Shown: piece after piece, positions 8,884 through 22,042 of the stretch
Layout: the number at the start of each line of letters is the position of its first letter
Numbering within the stretch: the stretch's first letter is position 1
Assembly: GCA_002269645.1 (NCBI GenBank)
Contig: NIVC01004823.1
Span: forward strand, 1 to 34,186
Length of the DNA: 34,186 nucleotides
Source: Macrostomum lignano
Taxonomy: Eukaryota
Reading direction: 5' to 3'
Notes under the pieces: generated by a model
The model's input: only the letters and a program-made list of their open reading frames with translations
What the model was told of the DNA's origin: nothing
Databases searched by the model: none
Program-made: the position numbers and the translations under genes

Positions 8884-11775
8884 GTAATAATAATCTAAAT
8901 GAAAATCTAATGAAGGAATCGATAGATAAGACAGAGGTTAACAGTAAAGATACCAATACGATTTACCCCGGCCAAAACAAATTTCAGTGCTGCGCCCAAA
9001 TTGAAAGTTGCGAGTACAAAAAAATAAACCTAAGAAATCTTGATTTAACGTAAAAACAGGCAAAACAATCTCTATGTCGGGTAATCAGGATACTGAAATA
9101 TATCCTGCTTAGGATTTTTCCTGACAAAAATTGCCAGTCAAAATGGGTTTAAATAATTTTTAGGTAGACTATCTGAAAGTCTTAAGTCTAAAGTCGTCCG
9201 AAATGGAAAGTGGCTTATAAAATGGCTGAAAGATGAAGTACTTGTAGTTGTCTTCAATTATGGATATTCTGATAGCGATTATGGCCAAAACTCAGATTGA
9301 AATAATGTCATCCCAACCCGTCGCGTCTCGACAACAAAAAGTTTTCCTATCGGAGCCCTACAACAACTCTAGTTCGTAGAACATACGCTCGTAAAGTCGC
9401 TAGTTTTGAATTACGAGCTACGATTGAAGAAAGGAACGCTAGACCGTTATTTTCAGTTCGTTGAAACTTTAGTACACTGCCCTCGTTGCAGCCAATTTGG
9501 GAGCAGCAGAATTGTTTTATAACGGTGTAAAATTGGTATGTGTACTGTTAAAGGATTTAACAAACTCTCGATGGTTTAACCTGGGCAGATAAAAGTTAAA
9601 ATGGGATTCTTGGAGTTTTTACTATTTTTTCGCTTTAAAAATATCTCAGCACATGTTTCTTTCTTTCAAACCGCTCTTCCTCCGCTTTGAAAGGCTTTCC
9701 CCTTGATGAAAAAATGAGAAATCGTGCAGGCGCATTTCAAGCAATTCACTTATATTTATTTAATCAAACAGATGCTTATTAATATAACAGCCGCGCTCTT
9801 GTGTTTTCTGGCTGAGAAATCAGTATTTCAGATTAGCTTATTATAATTGCACCGACTAAAAGTGCTGCATAAGTGTGATGTTTTGTCGCAAACACACGAG
9901 CTCGGGAATAAAAATCAAGTTTAATGCCACTAACGCAATGCGTTCGTGTTTTAAACTAAAATCATTGAGTCGCTTAACTAGCTAGCATAGTTATTCAAAA
10001 ATCATACAGAGGCTCCGCATACAGTGTTTTATCTATGAGCGCACATACGAGCTACTGCTTGCAATATTAATCTATGCAACTGCAGTTGTAACATTGTAAA
10101 GGGAAAGTAAAAACACATGAATTGATGTGCGCAATGAGCACTTTATAAAGATATCTTTGCACCAACCTATTTTATGATTTAAAGCTGATGTGAGAGTTGC
10201 AGCGACGCACACACGCACACACAGTTGTTCAAAAAGCAGTCAGTATATTGAACTGAAGATGCACGCCTGTTTGCTATCCTATTTTTCTGTGTTTGATGTG
10301 CGGGCCTAAAGTGCGAAACAGTGTGATCGGCGACATTACAGCAATATACGGCAGTAATTAACTGTGCTTATTGTAACCGCTGCTAATTTGTGAATAACTG
10401 TCAACTATAAAAGCAGGTCTATTTTTTAACTCTTTCTTTTTGAAACTATTTCTAGTACTTACCAATTTTTTTCTGGCAAATATAGGGATTCAAAACATTT
10501 AATGCTACTGTTGGTAAGTAGTAGTATTAAGACAAAAAAACGTGCGCAATTTTTAATGTGTCTTATATTGTACTCGTAAGTATGTTTTTTATACGCGACT
10601 TCTTATAAATTGAATTTTAAAAGACTGCATTGCAAAATGATTTCTGTATGTAGTTCCAAGCCGACCCCTAACTGCACTCCCTTTCCACACGTTTCTTCAT
10701 TTCCGCCCGGAAACAGGTAGTCGAAAATTTAGCGAAGTCGGAGAACGTAAGCTGCCGCTTCAAGCTATTTTTCTACGAACTAGATGATCCTTTTAATTTT
10801 TTTCGCAGAATCTTACCCGAAATTTCTATAAAATCTACCCTTTCGTCAGTTCTCAATTACTAGACAATTCGCTCTAACAGTATTTATGAATGTTATTATT
10901 TGAATATGCGTATGGCCTTTATAGCTATGCATTTCGTGATTTAAAAGACAGTATTAACAAACTGCATGCCCTGTGATACTCGTGTTAAAATCGGAATGCC
11001 GCTTAGTTGATATAAAACTGCTCTACAAGTTATTACGACTGCTGCAAACAGCCAACTGCGCGGTTAATTAAGAAAAATATTTACCTGAGTCCATATATTT
11101 TAGCATGAGAGTTCCGCCTCTTGGACTTTTTGAAATTCGGGTTAGTCAGAGCTTTTCTAGCTAGTGTTTGTAGTGCTTAAATGGCAAGAAAAAAGACATT
11201 GTTTTTCCACGTGCGTCAAAAAGACTTTAAGACTCTGGACTTTAGGCTTCGAGACTTAATAAAAATTATCCTGCGAATTTTATTATATTCTTTTAGAAAA
11301 AGCCAATTGATTTGATTTTTAAAAAGTCCAACCCAGAACTTAATTTACTGAATATTCGAAAAACTATTAGAAAATCTTGCTGCAAAAACGTTAGTACTTA
11401 AAGTAGCTTTGAAGCTAAAAATACGATACAAATGTGCTAACAGTTAAACTAATTTACTTTAAAAAACGTGCAGTATTTGTTTTCTGTGTCTAGACTTCTT
11501 TTAGAATTCCTCCAGGAATGTGTTCGACTTATGTGCATTCTGTTTACCCTTGTATTGCATTTGTTCTCAGAGCTGCTTCTGTTATCCTAATAGTAGGAAT
11601 TGGACTTGTTTTAGAATTAAACAATCTTCTGTTCTTAACAGCTGTTTTTGAGTTTTATATTCTTTAGTCGTTTTTGATCTGACGTTCTGTTCAAAAATCA
11701 CAGACTTCGAATGAAGATTGTTATTGAATGTAGTTCGTGGCAGCATGACGGGTTGCGAAAATATTTGCTGGAGTC

Positions 11776-11870
11776 TGTCCGTTTCTGATAATACAGCATA
11801 GAAAGTGTCCGTTTCTGATAATACAGCATAGAAAGTGTCCGTTTCTGATAATACAGCATAGAAAGTGTCC
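11776..11870. repeat. Perfect 30-bp tandem repeat, 3.2 copies
   Basis: TGTCCGTTTCTGATAATACAGCATAGAAAG x3 plus TGTCC. Confidence 0.97.
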
Positions 11871-12006
11871 TATTGTAAGCTTCTTTTTTTCATCTTAGGC
11901 ATCAATTTTCTTAGAAGAAGTCGAGAGTTTTGTCAGAAGCAAAATTTACTCTATTTATCCGCAAGCAAAGTTTACATTATTACATCACTCGTTTTGCTCG
12001 GTTCAG

Positions 12007-12183
12007 AGAGCGGCTCCTCAGAAATTTACGGAGCCAATCACACAGGTAGTGTTGCTCAATTGCCGCAGCAGCAGCAGCAGCAAGTTCCAACGCTGCAAGT
12101 GACAGGGTCCCAGCAACAAGTGTACTCCTCAGGCGGTACAGATCAGTTGGAGGTGTACAGTTCCAGGGAGAGAATTTACACCA
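12007..12183 (+). CDS. unc-80: UNC-80 exon 7 (Gln-rich)
   Basis: GTTCAG|AG acceptor, phase 1; ESGSSEIYG...PQQQQQQVPTLQV. Donor ambiguous: GT at 12184 used; GT at 12046, 12136 and 12153 are also possible. Confidence 0.62.
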
Positions 12184-13342
12184 GTAAATACTTGCTTGCG
12201 CATCGGAGGTTGCATTTTTTATCTCTATTAGTTAAATCCCTAACTCCCGAAATTAGAACTACAAGAATCGCAGCCCACTGCTTAGTAGAATCAGATGAAG
12301 CTTTTTTTATTTTCGGCCTGTTTCGGAAATTTTCCAACTAACATTCTAATTTTAGCATGTTTGCAGCTCTAATTTTTTAGACCAGTTGCTAGTTTAGTAT
12401 TGATGTGATATTGCTTTAATTTAATAATCTCCAACCCAATCCAAGCAGTGAATTTTTCCATCTAGAACAGAAACATCCAACTTCAACTTCTCTCGATACT
12501 TAGCCTCTTAAGTCAAATTTGCGTGTCTAAGTATTAAAAATATCTCTGCTTTTCAACAAAATTTGACTCGATTACGAATTCGTTACTAGGACTGCAATGT
12601 TTTGTTATATCCTGCAGTTACCTTTATTTTAATTAGTTTTCTTTGCATAGCATTGTCGAAAAGTGATAAATCTAATTTATTTTATCTGAGAAAATAAAGG
12701 TATTATAGAAAACCCTTAATTTTTAGTTAGCATTCAAGAGATAATCGTAACTGAAGACAAAGAAAGATATGTTTTAAATTTAATTTCAGGCATCTCTATG
12801 TTACCGCAGCCCGTAAATGTAAAAATGAACAGAAAAATTTCCTAACAAAACATCACATTCTGCACCCTTTTTGCAATCGCTAATTCTCAAGTGTAACCAT
12901 CGACACACTTTTAATTGCTTTTGTTGCAGCATTTTAGAAAAAATTATAAAAAAGTTAAATTACTCACACTGGTTCGCTAAATCCCGATGAAAGATTAAAA
13001 ATAATTTTCCTATGTATACCCTTACTTCACGGCAATCTTTGTCGGATGCAAACTTTAGCATTCTGAGCAACACACGAAATCTTGCAGTAATGTTTCTCTC
13101 TCATCTTTCTTTTCCTAATCTCAAACGATCATTTTTTAGTTTATTCTTTACTCCCTTTCAGTCAAGTGTTTTCTATGGCAACAAATTTCGCATCGAACCT
13201 CCCATTTTCCTTCGTATAGCAAATGCTTTTTCAACTAGCATGCCGATTCCCGGCTTTTTTACTAATTAAACTGAAGAATAAATTTAAGTACAGTATTTGT
13301 CGTTTTAACCGATTCCTTTGTCCATCATTTAACTAATCTTAG

Positions 13343-13474
13343 TGCGTCGGATGCAGCCGTCCGTGCCAGGCAGCAAGAAGCTGCTGATGATGCGGCGCAC
13401 CTCCAGGGATAACACCGGCGTGGCTACAGCCATCACGAGGGGCCAGCCAAGTTTGAGAAAGAAACGCGACAGCA
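13343..13474 (+). CDS. unc-80: UNC-80 exon 8 (basic)
   Basis: GC-rich island not in the ORF track. Only one frame is open: RRMQPSVPGSKKLLMMRRTSRDNTGVATAITRGQPSLRKKRDS. Strong donor A|GTGAGT; acceptor CTTAG (13342) or TGCAG (13356). Confidence 0.7.
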
Positions 13475-14122
13475 GTGAGTGGTTGCGGGTTGTGCGTTGT
13501 TGTAGCCTTTAATATTGCAAGGGGTGTGAAAGTAGCGGATTGAATCGTGCGTAAAGTTGTTTAGTTTCGCTTTTTTGGTCCACACCTAATAGGGCCTGGG
13601 AATACTGCTAATGAGTGTGTTCCCGCGAAAGTTTCCTTATCAGTGAAATGAGTAATAACTACTTGATTTCTTTATATTTGTTGGTCGAGTGTCGCTTTAA
13701 TTTGGGGCAACATCCAGAAGCCCCTGTTTGGGTAAAATACTACGGGCAGTTTCTTCTTACATTTTCAAAGCGCGCTGAGTTGTAAATTCCAAGTTCGCTG
13801 TGAGTTTTTGAGCACATTGATTGAGCAAGTACCACAATCCAAAAAGCAAAGACTGGAATTCATTTAAACTATTCAGTCATACTTACGTTTTTGCTCGTAT
13901 TTAGCCTCTTAGATTTACATGTAATACATTATTTATTTTAAGGCTTCTCGTTATGCGTTTTTCGGGGATCAATAATTTCTTCTGAGAGATTCTTTTATCT
14001 TTCCAACCGCTCATCAGGATTAATCCACCTCTAGGCCAGTTACGCCCTCCTGTAAAACAGGTGGTTTGACATTTCACTGCATCTGAATTCTACCTTCCAA
14101 CCCAAAAACCAAATTTCTTTAG

Positions 14123-14415
14123 TCGCGCAGCTCGGCAGTTCAATTCGCCACGCTCTTGGCAGCTTAAAGCAGCGCAAAGTGAGCACAATGTCTGGTGCGA
14201 GTGGAGAGCAACAGGCTGCCTACTCAGGCCTAGGTGTCGGTGGTTCTGGCGTTGGTGGCGCTGCTGGCGACGTTGGCGGCATCGGAGGCGACAGCAGCGG
14301 CGATGAAGCCGGAGCTAGCGAACTGTGGGACGATGACTCGTTGTGCACCTATTTTCCCTGGCTGAAAGCTGTCACGGCGTTTGCAAATCGAACTAATTTC
14401 GTTTGCGAGCATCAG
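14123..14415 (+). CDS. unc-80: UNC-80 exon 9
   Basis: TTTCTTTAG|TC acceptor; ...YFPWLKAVTAFANRTNFVCEHQ matches recalled MSWLHVMILLCNQQSFICTH; donor CAG|GTAATG. Confidence 0.9.
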
Positions 14416-14733
14416 GTAATGTTGTATTTTTGTTTCGATTGATTTTGTGCGGGAATTTAAATAGGGTCAGTCGCCTACGACCAGAGTGGCCAGATATACA
14501 TGTACTTTGCATTTAACCCCAAAAAGAGGGTCAAGGGTGTCAATTGTTCATCTAGGAAAAGCACTAGTAGACCAAATCACTGCACAAAGCCACACCACAT
14601 TAAATTTGTTTCTCGCTATAGTCTAGTGGAAAAGAATGATAGTGATGTTGTTAACTTCATGAATACAACAGCAAGTTTAAATGACGCTTCACTAGCTATA
14701 CATTTTAATGAGTTTTTTATCTACTTCTACAAG

Positions 14734-15157
14734 GGTTTCTGCCATCCGAACTGCTTCGAACGTCAACAACGTCAGTGCAGACGCTTACTAAACGCTTTCC
14801 GTCGAGTCTACGGTGATTCGCCGCCAGACGACACTGATCCGGAAGCCTCTGCTGAGAAGGACAGCGCCGAGTATGCCGGGGATAAAAAGTACAGCATCTT
14901 TCGAAGGCGCAGCATGTTCCCCGCAGCGGCTACCGGAGCATCGCCCGGTCGCTTGGGTACTCGAGACAGCACGCCGCTACTCACCAAGCTAGACCCGGCC
15001 GCATTGCAGAAACGACTGCACGAGAAAGAGAAGCCTGAAAAGAAGGGCGCTAGGAAACCAACGGTTGATCAAGCGATGATGCGATACATGGACGATCACG
15101 TTTTGCAGCTGACCCAGGCATCGTTCTCGGTTATTTGCAAGTCTTGCACACTGCTAG
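14734..15157 (+). CDS. unc-80: UNC-80 exon 10
   Basis: CTTCTACAAG|GGT acceptor; GFCHPNCFERQQRQCRRLLNAFRRVYGD ... LTQASFSVICKSCTLL; donor G|GTGAGT. Confidence 0.92.
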
Positions 15158-15400
15158 GTGAGTATTCCATGATTTTTTCAGCATTAGTAGCTAAAGATTA
15201 CTGCAATTATAGAGACAGGCAACGAGAATGGTTGTAAATTTCTAACTTCTAGCAATTATGTTCACATGAACACCAGACTGTGCATTTAGAAATGTTAGAA
15301 AGGTGAATTTAATTATTTAGCTCTATTTGAGTGTAGGACAGATTCCAGGATTATTTTAGATAGAATTATTATACGTAAACATTCAAATCATATACAACAG

Positions 15401-15621
15401 GTACGGATCACTGGTGCGACATCATGCCAGTTGCCTGGGAACTGCTTTTAGAAGCTGATATCGAACTAGCAACCTCAGCAGCCACTGTATTTCTCTTGGC
15501 GGCTGTACGAATTCCCGACCAAGTACAAGAATTGATGGTGCGCGAACTGCAGCACGATGATGTTCAGCAGAGGATGAATGCTGTACTGAGATTTCGCAGC
15601 TTGTGGATGTCGCGTTTTCAG
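15401..15621 (+). CDS. unc-80: UNC-80 exon 11
   Basis: ACAACAG|GT acceptor; DIMPVAWELLLEADIELATSAATVFLLAAV...QRMNAVLRFRSLWMSRFQ; donor CAG|GTATGA. Confidence 0.94.
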
Positions 15622-16068
15622 GTATGACTTCATTCTATATGGACAGTTTGATGTGGGCACAAATCTCATAAGTGAAAGCAAAAGGGCTGAAAAATTACCG
15701 AGTAAATATATATCCCTGTAAATGAGCTCAAACTCGGGTTCACTTCATCCTCTGAGTGAACACTCAATCAGTTCCGAAAGATGAAATCAATTTAATACCA
15801 AAGTTAGTTTATTCGCTAATAAAACAAGTCGCCTCAAATTTGATCAACCGTCGGTGTCCTAGCGCCCTTCTTCTCGGACAGCCGTTTCATCAGTCACTTC
15901 CTCACTATACTGAGAATGTATAGGAAAGATCGTTTTTTGTCAAAGTGATCAACGAGTTGATATTTGACTATGTCGACAGTACTTACCATAGCAAAAAATA
16001 ATACTACTAATTTTTGTGCGAAAAATATGTAAGAATGCATTCGGCTCCGAATTAAAAATTTCATTCAG

Positions 16069-16438
16069 GTTTGGCTTCGTCTAGAGGACGGCGCAGCATC
16101 GAATTTTAAAATTCCGCCACCAAACATCGAGTTTGTGCTGCCGTCACCGCCGCTGGGCAGCGTAAACGCAAACATCCCGGATCCACCGTGGATGCCGCGG
16201 GTCAAGCAGTCCGTAGAAGAGGTCCAATTGAAGCAGGACGAAGTGGCCAAGACGTTTGTAACGGCCTCCACTACTAGGCGGAAGCAACAGGAGGAGCTCA
16301 TGGCCAAGGAGGTCACGGCCGAGGAGCAGAGACGACGGACCGCTAGAGAGAGATTTCCTCTGATGGGCCAGGCGGTTTGCACTTTGGCTGGTTACGAACC
16401 GGCGCTTTTTCACCAGCCTGCAGAGGAACACGACGAGG
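16069..16438 (+). CDS. unc-80: UNC-80 exon 12
   Basis: CATTCAG|GTT acceptor; VWLRLEDGAASNFKIPPPNIEFVLPSPPLG...DPPWMP; donor G|GTACGC, phase 1. Confidence 0.94.
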
Positions 16439-18785
16439 GTACGCGCTTTTTAGGTTCTGGTTATTATTCATTTTTATGGATTTAGTTAACTATCTTTTTT
16501 GTGTCTGTCTATATGCCAATGAAGAGCACAAGCATCTTTAAACTTTATCCTTCAAGACTACTTGAGAAAAATACTGAGCAGAGTTTATTCCTTTGCACTT
16601 TGTATCTTCTTTTATGAATGAGAATTTAGGTACCTATACAGTATAGCTAAGTGCTAAAATACCTACTAACAGAATAAACTTACGCATTAGGCTACTTTAT
16701 CCAATATAGACGTATAGAAAATTTAAAAAGTTCTATCAAGTTTAGACGTTTTGTTCTACGGAGAATTATCAAGTTAAAAATATGCATGTGGAACGAGTCC
16801 CGTAACTAAAAGAAACTTGAGTAACTAATTAACTGCAGTTGATACATGATAAATCCAACTAAAAATAATCAATTCCAATTACTTACGCAATATTATATTT
16901 TATTTTCATAATTTTCCTTTTTACTGAGTACAGTGCCACACATAACAGGTAACATGTTAACTTTGATTTTGTAGAATATCCATTAGTTTTGTGTTGTTTT
17001 TTTATTTTTAAGCTCACCTTAAAGAGTACTTTTAGTTGGATATATTAGATAAATTTTATTAGAGATTTTTGGCGGCTACTACATGTACAATACATGTAGA
17101 GTGGTAACGGAATACATTATGAGGTAACTGTGTAATGTCAACTGTGGTCAAATGAATAAAAATATAGTTTTACGAGTACATTTACAAGTACTAGAATTTC
17201 GGATTATCCTAATTGATTCATCATATTTTTCGTTTGAACGAATGTTAAAATATTTTCTTCTGCAAAATTGAAAGTCTCTTAAACTCATAAGCGTACATGT
17301 TTGTCCCGCTACCCGCAGAAATAGTAACAACTGGAAGTTGTTGTATACTTTTATTATATACGCTCGTACATAATTTTCAAGTCTACATTTTTACTTTTAG
17401 GGGTCCCCTAGATTGTGTCACTACTTTCTCTTACTGCAAGTATATGCAGCCAGAATTGCTTTTAAAAGCATAGTTATGATGAGAACTCCGTGCATGAGCA
17501 TTAGAAACTTATGTTGTAAGAGTTCCCACTTAAATATGTTTAAGTGATTTAATCCACATTTTATTTGTTGTTAAGGTAAGTTATAAAAATATTACAAAGT
17601 GCTATGAATATTACGAATTAGCCTTTTTCGAAGTCGTAAGCTAAATTAAGAAATAGCACCGAGATATTTTTTCAACTAGAAAATTGTTTCTAGCAAAAAT
17701 ATCGGTCGCAATTTACGGTTTGCCAAGTTTTGCTTGTTTTGTTCGCGCGTAGTTTAGTGATTTGTTCAGTCCTGCCGCGTTCCAGTCGCATGGCAGCACA
17801 GTTTCTGCCTCGGATACGGTCAAATTTTGTTAGTTTTTTGACAAGTCAATATGGCGTTGCACTAAACGTGTAACTAAAGTACAAAGCTTCGATCGTGCCC
17901 TTCAAAGTTTTTCATCAAAACCGTCTGATGATTTTTTTTAAATATAAAACAAAAATGTAACTATAAACCTGTTGAAATGAACGGTGAGAAATGGGGCACA
18001 ATATGATCCCGTAATAGAAACCTGTATCTGAGAGGAACACGCGATTGGTTTACACGCGATTGGTTTTAAATAATAACATTAAGCTATTGTTTTTTTATAA
18101 TTTCTAACAATTTAGCACTATAACGTAAATGCAAGCTTTCTACCCGCTGTTTACGTCCGCTGTGTCGAGACTCGTGCGCCCATTTATTTCGCGATTTGGA
18201 ACTGCTTCCAACTGGTTTTAATGCCAAGCTAAATGTTGGAACTGCACTGCAGTCTGTATTACTCGTAAAATCTGTGAGATTTTTTTGGCTCCCTAAACTA
18301 CCTAAATTCTCTCTGGCCTTCCTTAATACTAATTAAACACTGATTAAAAGGAAAAAAATATCAGATATGGTAGCATTAATGAAATAGAAAAACAAAAGAT
18401 TTTGATGGTAGCGTTACCATTATGGAAAAACCGTTTGCTAGATTATCTAAGGTACGGTATTCATTGCTAATCGTGCGTGATTGGTTATATTTCAACTATT
18501 AAACAAGTTTTACCAATTATCCTTTAAGTTCACGGCATTAGATTCACTTTTACCGACACGACTAATCTAGTTTAGCTAAATAAATTTTAAAACACCGGGG
18601 CATTGCTGCTGATCCCAGAAAGTCTTTTACCAGACTAAAAAATCTAACCGAATGTACTATATATAAAATTGCGTCTGCATGTTCTTTGAAAAGTTCCGAA
18701 ATGGTATGGATAAATAAAATATGCAGTGCAGCCATTGCGGCGAAGCATATACCCAGAGCAAAATCAATGCATAATACATTCTTAG

Positions 18786-18962
18786 ATAAATTCAGAATTG
18801 AATTTAGCCGCATCGCTTACGCCGCACTCCGCATCCCAGTATCTTCCGCTGAGCCGGACCATCGCAGACCATCGTCTGCTCCGATGGCTGCTCGGAATTC
18901 AACCGCCCGAGCATTCCTGCACGGTACCTGCGCTTTCCAGGGCCGCATGCCAATATCTGAAG
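18786..18962 (+). CDS. unc-80: Candidate cassette exon 12a of UNC-80
   Basis: GC-richer island in intron 12. ATTCTTAG|AT acceptor and GAAG|GTTTGT donor give 177 nt, phase 1-1, open (KFRIEFSRIAYAALRIPVSSAEPDHRRPSSAP...). No homology support. Confidence 0.4.
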
Positions 18963-20482
18963 GTTTGTTTCAGTCTTTGCCCCCCCATTTATCATCACCA
19001 AAATCAAATGCAGTTTAAATGTAGCAAGTTGTATAGTGTACAAGTATTCAGGGTATAAGAAGTACAGCAGATTTTTTTGAGTTGAGATTCAAGATACTCC
19101 ATTATTTATTTACTTAATCGATTTCCTCCCTTTCCAATGAAAAAGATGCACTTAACCTAAACCTTACCTGACATTAATTGACAGTAAATATTTAATTTGC
19201 AATTAGAGTTCAAATTCGCGCGAAAAAGCAAGCTCACAATTAACAGTTTATATAGTTATAAATTGCTGATTATTTAAAAACTCAGTGGAGAAGCCAACAT
19301 TGTTTAGAATTCTCCGCAAAAATTGAAATAGTTTTAAATATCTTTTAAATTCAATTCACGTTTTAAGTAACTGTTTTTACAAAAATCTAATTAAGCATTA
19401 TTCTCTCTGTTAGAGACATTTGAGAAATTTGAGATATTAGATATACATTGCACGCCACGTAGTTGTATTTGTATTGAATATTCGAGAATTTCGTTGATCT
19501 AACGGGTTTTCTCCCTAGTAATAGATGGATTGTAAAATTTTAGTTGGCATTTTAGCTGTACGCCTCACAAAAATTCATTTTTTACTGCATTTGTAAACAA
19601 GTAATAAGTCCGGAAGATTTGCTTGCGAGTTACAAACGTGTTTTATATAAGCTCGTATTTAGTGAATCATTAGACTAGTGTTCAATAGAATTTCATCTTA
19701 GAATTTTCGCTGCAGTTTCTAGATTCTTTCAGCATGCCAAAAGTCTCTCTGTAGTGGCGACACATTGCTGCCTTCCAAATTGCTGTCTTCTATCGCTATA
19801 ATACTTTGTCGGACAAAAAAAGAAAATTTTTAGAGTAGGCTGCTAAAGACAGCACAAGAAGATTATGGCTACATGTATTTACACGAATTTTCACTCATGT
19901 AGTTCAATTTGAATAGCTAGCTTATAACTTGCCGTTGTTATCACTATTACTGGCTGGCCAGTGTATTCGAAAGTAGCGTGATTGGCGTTAAATAAGGAAA
20001 ATTAATTTTCATTTAATCATACAGTAAACAGCGGCATCCAAAGGTTTTAAGGTGTTTACAAAAAATATGCATTTGAATTTCTGGACATTCTGGACTTCTA
20101 GGACCATAAGGAACTTTCTCTTGCTTTCTTATGCGCAAATAAAGCTTAGTTTTTACCCCTGATTCCATGGTATGCGGTATTTCAGCAGTTTTTTAATTTG
20201 GTTGTTTACTTCAATTCAATACTCGTATAATCCAAATTTAGTCCTGGATATTTGGTTTTATTTAGTTTTAAGTAGCGCACAGTTTCAAACAGACTGCACC
20301 ATTTGTTTGATATGATTTCTCAGCGATATTTCGATTCCCGTTTCTCCTGTAATTGTCAAACAAGCTTCAGTTCAGTAGAAAAAAATTTATGGCGCCTGCG
20401 AAATACGCTCGTAGTGGCCGAATTTCTTGGCTCTAAAAATTTTTGTGCCAAAGCACTATGTGAAAATATAAAACTTTTTTAG

Positions 20483-20635
20483 ACTGCAATCAGACGCCAC
20501 TGCAGCAGCCAGCCTCGCGCTTAGCAACCGCGATGCACTTTCAGTCCAAGTTGAAGGCGTCGTCAGCTTCAACTTCATCGAGTTTGGCGGCGGCAGCAGT
20601 TGGCGCTGGAGCGAACGCTCGCCTAGCCGCCAATC
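20483..20635 (+). CDS. unc-80: Candidate cassette exon 12b of UNC-80
   Basis: TTTTTTAG|AC acceptor and C|GTCAGT donor; 153 nt, phase 1-1, open. CNQTPLQQPASRLATAMHFQSKLKASSASTSSSLAAAAVGAGANARLAAN has the same composition as the other linker exons. Confidence 0.62.
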
Positions 20636-22042
20636 GTCAGTTTCTAGTCAAAATTTCATAATTCTTCGTCTCTCTTCGTTAATCTATTTTCATAGAGACA
20701 TATAAGGTCAAAAGAATTAAAAGAACGCAGCAATCTCGGATTGGAAAAAATAGTATTTCATCGACTTTACGATTTGATTTCAAAATCTAGTATGCGTTTG
20801 AAGCAAAGCTAAATTATTTAAGTTTAAGTCTTAATAATACATGTAGATTATCTATCCAACAAAAAATTCCAAATTCATACATAGTTTTTTGTAGCGTGAT
20901 TTTTCTCTCATAAGAACCTTTTCGAAGGATACAAATCCTGCTTGAATGTCTTCAATCTGTAAATCCAAGTCTTCGTGGATAATCAGTCATAAAGTTGACT
21001 ATCCTTTATGCGTCCTTTTAGTTTAAAATTCATTGCAATTCAAAATAGATCAAAGTAGCTTTTTAGTTACTGAACGGTCCTCAGGCCGCACCGCGTGCTC
21101 GAAAATTGAACGAAAACCAGTTCAGAGTCACTGACACAAAAGTATTTTATACAAGTTGCCACTTTCACCCAGCAACTGCATAATTCTCCAATTTTTCCCA
21201 ATAATTTTTTGCCGTGCTCATCTTTTAAATGTTATTTTTATTGTTATCTTTAGTTTTAAAAGAAAGCTCAAAGTGCACTTTTGTCATTGCTACTCGGTAG
21301 GATGAACGTAACTTTTAGTCGGCAAACGAACTATAGAATTGTCGTTTTTGCTTTGCCATTCAAACAGCAGGGTTTTTCACAAATCCAAATATCCACATAA
21401 AGCACATACGTAACCAAGACTCACAACCATATTAAAATTTCAAAACTTTCTGGCTTGAGAAAACGAAAAAACGATGAACGATATGACTGCTCAAAGATTT
21501 GAATGTTGTTCTCTATTATTGATTAGTATTTACATATATTTGGATAAATTGTAATTACAAGCGTAGTACTTTTGAAAAGTGCCTTGTTTACTGGTGTTAC
21601 TGTATTCTGTAGAAATTAGCACTAGGATTTGGCGTTGCTTGAAATATTTTTTAAAAATCCTCAGCAATACAGCCAGTACTCGAACTTGAACGACCCAGAA
21701 TTTATTTAGACAATTCCATTATTATTGCGATGAAACACATGCTTATCTAAAAAAGCTTGGCACCTCAAATAAGATTTAACTACAAAGCATAATTCCCGCT
21801 TGCAGTGAATAAAAAAACGATGCCGACACCCATACAACTCAATGGTATAAAGTGATCGCACAGTAGATATCCTGTGTACTGCGTACTATTATGCTCTATA
21901 TGCAATTTAGTAGAGTCGCAACACATATACATGTATTTGGTATTTAAAATTTTCGATAAAAATCATTGCGATTTTAGCAATTTTTTTAGTGCGACAAAGT
22001 CAGTTAAAAAAGAAACGAATTAATTGTTGTCTTGATCCACAG

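Noticed and set aside
9195-9300. piggyBac-like acidic N-terminus (KWLKDEVLVVVFNYGYSDSDYGQNSD)
   Set aside because: The resemblance is only compositional; there are stops on both sides and no TTAA-CCC termini or catalytic motifs.
14500-14733. N-terminal extensions of ORFs 14500, 11865, 1669 and 28972 as coding sequence
   Set aside because: They lie upstream of clear acceptors in AT-rich intron sequence and break the homologous register.
15860-15900. Hammerhead ribozyme (CTGATGA on the minus strand; also at 17925)
   Set aside because: No correctly placed stem II plus GAAA core.
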